A stretch of DNA of 64,000 nt from Tubiluchus corallicola (Eukaryota; Animalia; Priapulida). The position numbers were made by a program, and so were the translations under genes. This document shows, piece after piece, positions 25,901-36,669 of the stretch (positions are counted from its first letter, which is position 1; every line of letters starts with the position of its first letter). The notes beneath the pieces were generated by a model, which saw only the letters and a program-made list of their open reading frames with translations, was not told where the DNA came from and did not search any database. The DNA is taken from positions 2,852,001-2,916,000 of the forward strand of contig JAQGDQ010000002.1 in NCBI GenBank assembly GCA_030141605.1, read 5' to 3'.

Positions 25901-28900
25901 TTTGGGGAATGCAGTGGCCTAGTGGTCTAAGCTGTCTGCAATGTGATTAGGTCCCAGGTTCAAATCCACGCTGCATTCCAACTTTTTCATATTTTCTGCT
26001 ATTTCGAGTTTGCTATCAAAATTTAATTATTCCGTGGTTTTGTAACCTCTTTAAAGCATAAATTTTAACCAATGCTTTCAAGTGAAAATATGTACACGGG
26101 CCTTTAAATTTCTGAGATCATTCTTAGATTATTCACAGTTGCTTGCAATGTTATTATTACAAGTATATGTTGAATAAATTGAGATTTGGGAATATTCTAA
26201 ATTGCCTCTGTGCATTCGTCGTCTGGTAGCACTTCACAGCTACGCACGGGATGCTGGTGAATCATATGTGATTCATGGTTAAATTATCACCAGCGCCGGA
26301 TAACAGTTTTCTAAGTCAGGCTGCTTATTTTTTATTTACTTCTTTTCTAAAATACGCGTATTTTGGCGGACCTGCTTCTCGCTGTTATATATCAGTAGTC
26401 TCGGTAACATACTTGCAAGACGCCGCTTGGAGCAGCAGTGTACCGCACAGTGAGGTACTTGTTTACCGCAGCAAAAGAAACTGAAATGCATTAAAACGTG
26501 TTGACCTTAATGTTCGTTTTCCTTTTTATTTAAAGGAAAAGCAAGTCTCTCGGGAAGTTAAGCTTATATTAAAATTTGCAAAAACTGCTAGAAAGTTTCA
26601 GAAAAAATGTCATGAGGTTAGCAATAAAACTGCATTAAGCGCCTGGTGTAAATTTTAAGTTGCGATCACTTCAAGGTTGAGCGCGCTCATTTCGAACGAA
26701 ATCCGGTTACCGTGTAATATAACTACTTATCCTGCCAAGTGCTTGAGCGAAAGCGAACTTCTTTTGCACTTGACTATTGTCAACTATTAATAGTCCAAGA
26801 CGTTTAACAACAGATTATTAATATTAAGGCTGTTTTTTTGCTTTCGAATGAATCCCGCCTTCACTGTTTAATGGAAACCATTTACCAGGGATAATATAAT
26901 AATCTCTAACTCGGCTAGTTAATGTCGACAAAGTAACAGAGTAAAACTGAAATATAAACCGCCCCTCACGTTCTGTAATCTGTATGCTCGCAACTTCGCA
27001 ATCGAACAACTTGTCACCCCCTTATCCCTGGTGCACTCGCACCATTTTTTGCTGCAGAGGAGTTATTTGTCTTCATCTATGCGTATCTGTAATTGTATTG
27101 TGTAGTACACATACCTTGAACTTAAGGCGAATTAAAGCTATATAGGCACTTTAAAGTTATTGCAAATTATCAGACGAATAATGTTTACCTAAGTACAAAG
27201 ATTTAGTTAGCTAGAATAACGGAATTTCTGAGTGAACTGCAGAACTTTAATTATGTGTGCCTTCATGATGACCACCAGTTAGGCCATTCTTTCTTCAAAT
27301 ATACTCGCAGCGAGATTCGTTTGGCGGGAGATACGAATGATTTAAATTTCTTTTGCATTTCTAATAATGTCACTTTATGGGCAGCGCATATTGTGTGGTA
27401 ATTTTAATATTTTAAATTTTGTTTTAAAATACACTGAATGTTGTTTGTGGGTTAGTTTTTTTCCCTTTAAATGCGATTTTTTGAACATATATTGCAAAAG
27501 ATATCCAAATAATAGTTATCTGAGACACCAGTTAAAAAGTTGTATAACGTACATGAAACAAAGGAAAAAATATTTGAAAAGACAGAGCTTGGCTGAGATG
27601 ACAAAAAACTAAGCGACTTAAAAGACTGTGATTCAAAAGAGTTCTGGAAGGTAATAAATAGCATTTGCATTGGAAATAAAAATAAACCTATAGAAATAGA
27701 TTTGGAAACTCTGTATAGACATTTTAATAATTTATTTACAAAAGATCAGACGACTAGTCTGGAAATTCAACTGGAAGATACAGTGCAAGATAAAATGGAA
27801 GAATTAATTCCTATCACAATCAGCGAATTAAAACAACAAATCCAAAAATTAAAATCTGGCAAAAGTCTGCAATGGATATATTTGCCCTTAACTAAGCTGA
27901 TGAATTTAGTACTGGAAAAAGGCAAATATCCAGAGAATTGGTCTAAGAGCATTTTAAGTCCCATATTTAAAGAAGGAACACTAGATGGTCCTAAAAATTA
28001 CCGTGGAATCTCAGTGACTTCATATCTTGGCAAAGTTTTTAATTCAGTCATTAATGAACGACTAGTAAAATTTCTTGAAAATTCTGGTATTCTATCAGAG
28101 TTTCAATTTGGCTTTCGAAAAAATTCACGAACTACGGATTGTCTAATGACTTTAGATTTACTGATAAAAGAAAACGATAAAAAGAAAGGTTCCTACTTAT
28201 GTACTGTACCAGCTTTATTGATTTCACAACAGCTTTGACAGGTTAAGTCATGATATTTTAATTAGCAAATTAAAATGATATTGAACTGATGAATATATCC
28301 AACGTATCATTAAGGATATGTATAATAAAAGTCAATCCACGATGAAAAAATCGGACACTTTTTCTCCCTTCTTTAAAACTGAAACTGATGTTAGGCAAGG
28401 TGACACTCTTAGTCCAACTCTGTTTAATGTATATGTAAATGATCTTCCTGACTTTTTACATGGTGGGGATTCCCTGACTTTGCATGACAAAATCATTAAA
28501 TGCTTACAGTATGCTGACGACCTAGTTATTTTCAGTACATCTAAAGAAGGGCTACAAAATAAAATCAACAGATTAGCTATATACGCAAAACAGAACTCAT
28601 TACAAATTAATCATACCAAAACTAAAGTTGTTACCTTTGGAAACAAGCCATCCAGTAAAACATTGAACATTCACTTATATCTTGGCAATACCTTATTAAA
28701 AAAGAAAAACCATATCAAATACCTAGGAATGTATTTTACAAACAATGGTTCATACACAAAGCACTGTTACACAATGAGAAAACAAAGCATTAGGGCATTA
28801 TTTGAATACTATCTCTAATATTTCAATACAGTTTTGATGTAAATATACACCTTTACTTAATTGAATCCCTAATCTTACCAGTAGCACTTTATGGCTGCGA

Positions 28901-31900
28901 AATTTTGTGTCAGTCTTTTATCACTAAACTAAATAATATAAACACTGACAACTCAGAAAAATCTTTCCATTCGAGTATGTTCAGAACAGATTCTCAAAAT
29001 GGGTTTTAGGTGTCCGGGGAAGTAATTCCAATATAGCATGTAAAGCTGAATTAGACATATACCCACTGCTAATTAAAGCATCAACAATTCTTCACAAATA
29101 TCTATTAATAACATAAAAAAAGCCAAGAAATACACTATTTAAGAATGTGTATAGTTACCACTCTCATGAAGAAGTGAAACAACTTTATACAAAATAGACA
29201 AATTTTCCAGGATTTCAAGCATATGGTGTAGATGAAATTGATAAAATGCGTCTGAATCGCAAATTAATTTAATTCAGTAATAAACTCAAATCAAGGTACA
29301 GAAAATTTTTTTTACATAGCTACATAATGATGCTAGACAAAATGGTGGCAAAATTGGTGGCTAAGATTTTATAGACATGTAAAAATCAATTATGAATTAG
29401 AAGATTATTTAAAAATTATTTCTAATAAGAAACAGAGACAAAAGGTTACAATATTACATATCAGCGACCTTGACCTGGAAATAGAACCGGTAGATATAAA
29501 AATAAAAAAGAGGATAAAAGGCTTTGCCAATACTGTCACAACAATAGCTCAAAATTAGTATAAAACGAATTACATTATCTTTTTGCCTCTCCTTTGTATG
29601 AAGATATTAGACAAAAATATGAGCACATAATATATAATCTATCTTTACAAAAAGGTAATGTATGCTCAGTAATGTGGCTTTTTCTAAATACAAACCCAGA
29701 AGACCTTATTCACTTTGGAAACTGCTTGAACGAATGTGATGAAAAAGGCAGTTATATCTTGGTGGTAATCTGTGAGTGCTGGATAAACCTTGTGCTGTGA
29801 TTGTGTAATTTAACCTCGTTTTTGGTTATTTTAATTACTTAGGTTTGTGTTTTTACTAGTTCTTTGTAATTGTAGCATAAAATATTATTTCATAAGAACA
29901 GATAATTTCTTATTAGATTTAAGTACGCTATTTAAGTAAGTTGTACAAACTCATGTTTTTGCAATGTTGCGTAATTGTATTTTTATATTTTGTATTTCTT
30001 ATACTTTGTTTCTTTTGTAATTGTAATTTTTTCCAAGATACACTATTGTATTTGAGAAATAAAATTGAATTGAATTGACTTGTTGAAACGCCACAACATT
30101 TTACAAGAAAATGAATGAGAAATGAAAATGCTCGCCTAAACTTTTGATTAATAACTATATTTTCACGTATGTATGATGAAACTTGGTATACGGGTTAATG
30201 CGCTAAACGTGTGTCCAACAATAATATTATTGCGTTATTGTTATACGTGATTTATTTGCTGTCAGTTTTTCAGCTTGCCATTTAATGGTGTTGCACTTCT
30301 GTTAGCACTTGGGTAGAAATGTAAGTGCCAGTGTGAAGCAAACATAACAAATTTTACTAAATGCTTGGTTGGCTGCAGAAAGAATAACGGAAATAACTAA
30401 CACCAAATTTGGATAGTAAGTGGATGAATGACCATCAGCAAAAGTGCTTCTGTATAGTTTCGTTAGCCATACACACTGTCTTTGTTATTTGTCTTATCAA
30501 CATAGGATGTATATGTATGTATATAAACATACTCTTTTGGTTAATGCAGCTCTACCTGTGTGATATCTCATTTTAGACAGTTATCATTGTAATTGCGATA
30601 TCTTATGGTCCTCTAGCTCTGGACAGCATAGTAGGCAGGCCAAGCTGTTGCTCAGATATTTTATTACCCATGTGTTTATGTCTACCGATATTTAAAATAC
30701 AATGTTAAAGTAATTTTCGGTGTAGTAGGAATTTGAAAAATATAGGTTTCCTTAAGTGGTTCTTTTATTGTCTTTACAGGGAATAAATTGGACTGCTTTG
30801 GTTTGGCTCTAGCAGTGGTTGCTGCCTGTCAACTCCTTGGACTAGAAGATGTACATCTGGCCCTCTCTGAGGACCACGCGTGGGTTGTGTTTGGAGAAAA
30901 TGGCGAACAGACTGCTGAGGTTACATGGCATGGTAAGTTACTATTGAGAAGATGTAAAGAAAGATAGCTATTTGTCCCAAAACGACATTGACAATTCTTT
31001 TTATTAATATCAGTAGTAGTAGTGGAATTTGTTTCTAAACAACACTCAATGATTAGTGTGTCCCTAGCCAATGGATATTAGTCAAGCTGATAAAAATTGA
31101 GTAAGCCCATAGATAATTTCTAGGAACAACTTGTCATGCACTTACACCTGGTGCACTAGCACCATTTGACTCTGCAGAGGAGCTTATTTGTCTTCAGTCT
31201 AAGACAAATCACATGAAATGTTTATTTGAAAGTTATTTTGAGTATATGATCTTCGGCTTTTGTTAACAGAAGCATAAAAAATTAATAGGCATATGAAATG
31301 CACACTCATCAAATGACTTTGTCAATAAAAATATTTATCTTTCTTTTCTTAGGGAAGGAGAATGAGGATAAGCGAGGGCAACCAATCACAGTCGATTCCG
31401 CACACAAAAGCTGGTTGTATGTCAACAATCATCCGGTTATATGTAATCGCTACATGGAAGTGGCAGCACTTGTATCAGCAATTAATCCTCACATAAACTC
31501 TACGACAGACAGCTATGAACTGGGCTGCTTGCAACAGGTATTCAGGGAAGATGTTATCAATAAATTAAAGATGCCGAAGTCTTAGTTTTAAAACATTTAA
31601 ATAAACTATGTGGTATGCTTATTTATTCAGCATTCTCATTTAGGTCGTAATGATCAATTCACTTCGTGTTTAATTCCTTGAACATGTGTATGCCATCTGG
31701 GTGTTCCACAAGTACATATATATTCACAGTCAGATTTACAGTCAATAAACAACAACATCAGTTTATTTATAAATTGATAAAAAAACAATACAATTGAAAA
31801 TTGTTCTACAATCTTTAAACATTTTAAGTTTTGAAGTTTGAAGTTGATGAAGTTTTTATTATTCAGTACAACATAGACGTGTAATACATGGTAACGTCAA

Positions 31901-34862
31901 AATTGTTACACAACACTGTAATAAATTATTATGTTTCATACACTATCGTTATTATAAAAGATTAATTGTACTGCAGTGGGCTAGAGAAGCAAAGGCTTGT
32001 ATAAGCCCACATTCATGTGAACCAGATAAAAAAGGAATGGATGAGTGAACAAAAATAAGAATAGGGAGAGAGAAAGGTTAGATCACACAGGACAGGAAGA
32101 ATGATGAGTTAGTGGAAATAGTAGGAAGAAAGACAGTAGATTGTGTGATATTTAAATCAGCCCTAAAGATTATCAATGATGTCTTATTTAGTATAATCTG
32201 TACCAGGATTATGGTATGAAATTAGCTTTATGGTAATATGTAATTAACATGAGTGGTAAGTGAACTTACTAAAAATAAGTTACCTGCTTTATATCTAGAG
32301 TTGCTCGTACAGCATCGAATTTCTATGTATCAAGTGTGAGCAAAAAACATGCCGAAGTTTTGGTTATGATATTATAAGAAGAAAATTACAGAATTTCTCA
32401 AAAATTATCATACTGATACTGCATCAACACCAAAAAAATTTATGTGATTTCCTTAGATTTTTCCAAAACTACAGAAATCTTAAATCAATAATTGAAAAAA
32501 TAAATGCCAGGAAAAATTGAATGTCACAATTGTTGAAATTTACATCAAGTGCTTTATGTATCTGTTGTGCATTGATGTATGACATATGACATATGACATG
32601 ATGTATGATGTATCTTTATGTGCATTGATAATGTATGACATTATCAATGCACACTAAACGAAGATATGTCTTTCGATAGCTTATACAGCTTCTCGCTTCT
32701 TTAAGGGTTATTTGGTCAGTATACTAAAAAATTTTTGACTTTAGTTCATCTGCATCAAATTGCATTTGTACACTTTCTTTAAAACTGTCGTCCAGAAGAT
32801 TAAATCTTACTTTTCTTGATAACAAATCTTTGTGATTGTATTATTTTCTATGATGAAGACTGTTGTAAACTATCAATGGATTTTTTTGTTGTTGTCTTGC
32901 TGCCTTGCTGTTGTTTGATGTTTTTCAATTTATGATTAGCTGACATTGCTCCGGCATCTAATTTTTAACATTAAAAATGTCTAACCTTTTCGATTTTGCT
33001 GCCATATTATTTATCATATAAAAAATATGATGTCATATTTACAACTTGTGACTTATGTAGTCTGTAATTTCAGGAGTTATTGTGGATGCTGTATGATCTC
33101 GGTCATTTGAGTAGATATCCCATGGCACTTGGCAATTTGGGCGACCTTGAAGAAATTCAACCAACTTCTGCTCGACCATCTGCAGTAACCCTGTTCAATG
33201 AGGCAATTGAAGCAAACAAGTTATATTATGGCAATCTCCATGTGTATCCATATACATACCTGGCTGGATATTATTACAGGTGAGTTGTAAAAACTCGAAA
33301 AGCTTATTTTGAGCCATATACATACCTGGCTGGATATTATTACAGGTGAGTTGTAGAAACTCGAAAAGCTTATTTTGAGTTACATGGTCTCCAGATTTTT
33401 TTCTTCTATTTCTGTGGAATCTATCTCCTTTTCACAGCATTATCAAAAACCCAACAACAGTAAAATGTTTTGCAGTTATCCAGAATCCAACAAATTTCTT
33501 ATAACTATAGGGTACTTCATAGTAATTTTGCACTAGATTGTAGTCATGCTTATTAAGGTTACTTTCTTACTGACTGTTCCACTTTTCCTTTTTGTGATGC
33601 CCTCTGTCTAATATTTCCTATTCGTCACTCAAGCATTGTCTTTTTTTCAGAAATCAACAATACAAGGATGCATTAAGAGTTTGGGCAGAAGCAGCTAATG
33701 TAATTAGAAAGTATGTAACCTACCCAATAATTGCCTTTGCTGTAATATTGTTATACATTAGGCCAACTGGTATTATTTACTTAATAATTTTATTATTTAT
33801 TACTGTATATCCTGTGGTTTATTTGATTTTCTAGTAATTTGCCGTAAGTTATATTTTGTGTTCCAAAACTTACTGATTATTCAATATATCCTATGGAGTT
33901 TACTATTGTTTTCTAGCTACAACTACACAAAAAGTGATGAAGAAATCTACAAAGAATTCTTGGAGATTGGAAATGAATTCATTCCAAATGTAATCAAAAT
34001 GGCTACCATGGGATCTGCCATGACAACGTTAGTTGAGCCTAAGCAAAGCGATTCACTTAGACATGCCGAGGCTTGGACACTTTCATGTGTGTCGCTTTTA
34101 CAGGACCCAGAGTGTTTTGCATATTTGTTGCAGTTTTATGATGGTATATGTGAATGGGAACAAGGCAGTGCCACACCAGTTTTACATATCGGCTGGGCAC
34201 AGAATTTGGCTTTTTGTTTGAGCAAGTTTGATGCAAGTGTGCGTAGTTCGTTGAACATTGAAGTGTCCAAGAATGGTGATGAGGAGGATGATAAAACACC
34301 TGAGTTAATAACCAAAGAACAATCAGAACAGAAATTTTTTAGTCCTAAAGTCAGCGAGGATAGCTTCATTACTACTTTGGAGTCAAAATTTGGCTATGAA
34401 AGTAACAACGATGTAAATCCTAACATTGCGGCACTGACTGCTGCATGCAGCGAGTCGATCCTCAATCCAGACTACTTACTTGGCACAAGTGATGATGCCC
34501 TTTTTGCCGATTCGGCCGACTTCTACGATATCTTGAGCAACAGATCAAATGGGACACCATTCTTGGGACTTACAGTGGATTCGATGATGGCTGCGAGCAG
34601 TCCCACCTGTTCGACTCACAGCAGCAGCGAGGTTTCGTCTACTGTTTCACTTGTTTCATCGCAACCAAAAGTGAGACTTCAGAGCCACAAGATGTGCGGA
34701 CTAAAGGAACTGCTGATGGCTGAAGGCAAGTTAAATACTAGCGCTATCAAATTGCAACTCACAGCACAGTCAGAAGTCGAAGTATCACACAGGAGAAAAC
34801 CTGGCCATGAATTCGACTACACTTCATTTGGCGGCACACGTAAGCGCCCACGATGGCACTAG
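21767..34862 (+). CDS. MEN1: Menin, 653 aa, 6 coding exons
   Basis: Exons: 21767-22178, 30780-30932, 31353-31537, 33074-33279, 33651-33710, 33917-34862; total 1962 nt, in frame. Motifs: [28 protein letters not shown]; KLDCFGLA; [15 protein letters not shown]; AEVTWHGK; [13 protein letters not shown]; DEEIYKEF; [22 protein letters not shown]; [15 protein letters not shown]; basic C-terminal NLS-like RKRPR. Confidence 0.97.
22931..22984. repeat. (TA)n microsatellite
   Basis: About 54 bp of TA with one TG interruption. Confidence 0.95.
23860..24330 (+). mobile_element. Highly decayed CR1-group LINE 3' fragment in MEN1 intron 1
   Basis: Remnant peptides [27 protein letters not shown] and REHNFKL resemble the CR1 RT tail motifs GPxLFxxYINDL, IESVQRxFTKR and RGHxxKL. 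Confidence 0.55.
25815..26033 (+). repeat. Repeat family A, copy 1, with an internal tRNA-like Pol III cassette (25906-25980)
   Basis: A box TGGCCTAGTGG, B box GGTTCAAATCC, 9-bp closing stem GGAATGCAG/CTGCATTCC and a TTTTT terminator just downstream. The anticodon arm does not pair. Both flanks align with the copy at 55540-55785. Confidence 0.7.
27004..27075. repeat. Short dispersed repeat, copy 1, with a TGGTGC-N4-GCACCA hairpin
   Basis: gaacaacttgtca...cctggtgcactcgcaccattt...ctgcagaggagttatttgtcttca is repeated at 31124-31196. Confidence 0.75.
27480..30078 (+). mobile_element. 5'-truncated, frameshifted non-LTR retrotransposon (RTE-X/L2-like) in MEN1 intron 1
   Basis: RT motifs in ORFs 27702-28238 and 28318-28818: [60 protein letters not shown]. 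Decayed C-terminal ACKAEL..YPL and RLCQYC. Ends AATAAA followed by (ATTGA)x3. Clade assignment is tentative. Confidence 0.9.
31124..31196. repeat. Short dispersed repeat, copy 2
   Basis: Aligns with 27004-27075 and keeps the same hairpin (tggtgc-acta-gcacca). Confidence 0.75.
32619..32653. repeat. Perfect 16-bp inverted repeat with a 3-nt loop
   Basis: tgtgcattgataatgt-atg-acattatcaatgcaca, next to short tandem (atatgac) repeats. Confidence 0.85.
33248..33379 (+). repeat. 66-bp tandem duplication spanning the MEN1 exon 4 donor
   Basis: 33248-33313 and 33314-33379 differ at one base. Each unit is the last 32 exonic nt plus the first 34 intronic nt. Confidence 0.95.
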
Positions 34863-35806
34863 TCAATGGTAAGAATCTTGAAAATTTTACAACTTTCAAA
34901 TATTTCCAAAGATGTGTGTTTTCACTGATCGTTTATTTGTAGCTGTTGTAAGTGTTGTGGAACACTTAACGAAGTGTTCTAAGAAATGTTAATTTAATCA
35001 TATTGCGCATTTTGTGCACTTTGTAAATACATGTACTCTAACTTAAATTACGACAAAAATGTGTAAATTTAGCTTGTGTAGGTTATAGTAGCCATTTAAA
35101 TTCTGTATAATTTTTTGTATATAGTATGTTTAAACTTTGTAACCGATATACACTTATTAAGCATTTTTAGTCATTGGGGTGAGCTGCTTAAGACCTCAGA
35201 TCATAATTTTCTTGCCATGTGTTTTCTCTTGATGATGACTATATGTTATTATTTATAATTATTATGTTGTAATAACCAATGTATCATATGATAGCTAGTA
35301 TGTCATTATAATTAGTGAAACACTATTGACTTGTGCGTAAAGCACAAAGAAATTGACCAAATATTTTGCCCGTTTTAAAATTTTGCAAAATTGGACTGTG
35401 ATAATCACTGCAAACTGTAAATTATCTTGTAAATACGGCCTAAAATGTTAAAGCGTTTATTGGAAATTGGTAGTATATTAAAAATATTGCTACAAACTAT
35501 ACATTGTTTGCTTAGTAGCAGAGTCCTCTAGTTTCTATAGATTATAGATTAGTGTTGTTTTAATATAGACTTTTACCTCATGTTGTGTTATAAGATTATC
35601 TGAGAAATGTTCAGCTGGTAAGTAAAAATTGTCATAGAAGGCTTGAAATGATGTGTATTTTATGCAACATTAAGCTGCTAAAATTACATAGTTTACAATT
35701 GGCATGCTCTAGATTTCTATTTCAATTGGTGTGATCGGTTATTATTGGTTGTTATGTTAGCTTTATACTATACTGGTCTGTGTTTGGCATGATCATTTGA
35801 CAAATA

Positions 35807-35861
35807 AAATTAAATTTAAAAAATTAGTGCAGTCAAATTAAATATAAAAAATTAGTGCAGT
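35807..35861. repeat. 28-bp tandem duplication
   Basis: aaattaaat(t/a)taaaaaattagtgcagt occurs twice. Confidence 0.8.
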
Positions 35862-36669
35862 TGTAAATGATATACTATGCTAGTTGTGGGACTGGTTTAA
35901 CGTGAATATGAAGTCGAACACAAATATTGTTCATATTGTAGTTGGCATGCTTGTTATAGGCTACTTGAGAAACTCCACCGTGTACTTAAGCACGTGCTCA
36001 AAATTGCAAAAATTAAACATGTTGTATTATCAAGAAAATGAAATTTTAAAAAAATGGCATGTTATTAGAGCTAGTACCAAGTCAGTTTTGCTTCTGCTGA
36101 AAACACTGATTATCAAGATGGGCTTGATAGTGCTTGATCTAATAGTTAGAAATTAGAAAGCCTTGCTATGAGCTATGTTGTGTGTGACGTGATAATTGAA
36201 AATTTTTTTACAGCGCACCGACTGTCAGTATGTTGAATTTAAATAATTATCTTTTATTATTACTTTGCCTAGTTATACTACCTAGCAAATTGCCATACCT
36301 TTGCCAACATGTGCTATGCTGCCTAACTTGTACATTCTTTCAGTTTATTTGATACTTTGTCTATATACATATTACAATATATTTTGAAGGTTTAGATATC
36401 CCTATGTAAGTATATGTAGAGTTCTGGAAATTTGGTTCTGTTAATTTTGAATAGTAACCTTTTAGGTCTGCCTCTGTGTCTCTTTTATGCCTCTGGTAGT
36501 AAAAACTTTTGACTGTATGCATTATCTAATGAACCCTTATTTTAAACTTAACAGAAATAATTTGTGGCACTCTGCCATATTGGCTGTTTGAAAAATAATT
36601 AATTCATTATATAATCGCTGCGATATTTAGCTGAGTAAATTCTGCTCCTAACGAGCTCCCAAATTACAT

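Noticed and set aside
25906-25980. Functional tRNA gene with encoded CCA
   Set aside because: No anticodon stem and a broken T stem. Eukaryotic tRNA genes do not normally encode CCA, so the CCA is likely coincidental.
33281-33345. Selenocysteine or readthrough at the in-frame TGA in the MEN1 duplication
   Set aside because: The TGA is just part of the GTGAGT donor, another in-frame stop (TAA) follows three codons later, and I recognised no SECIS.
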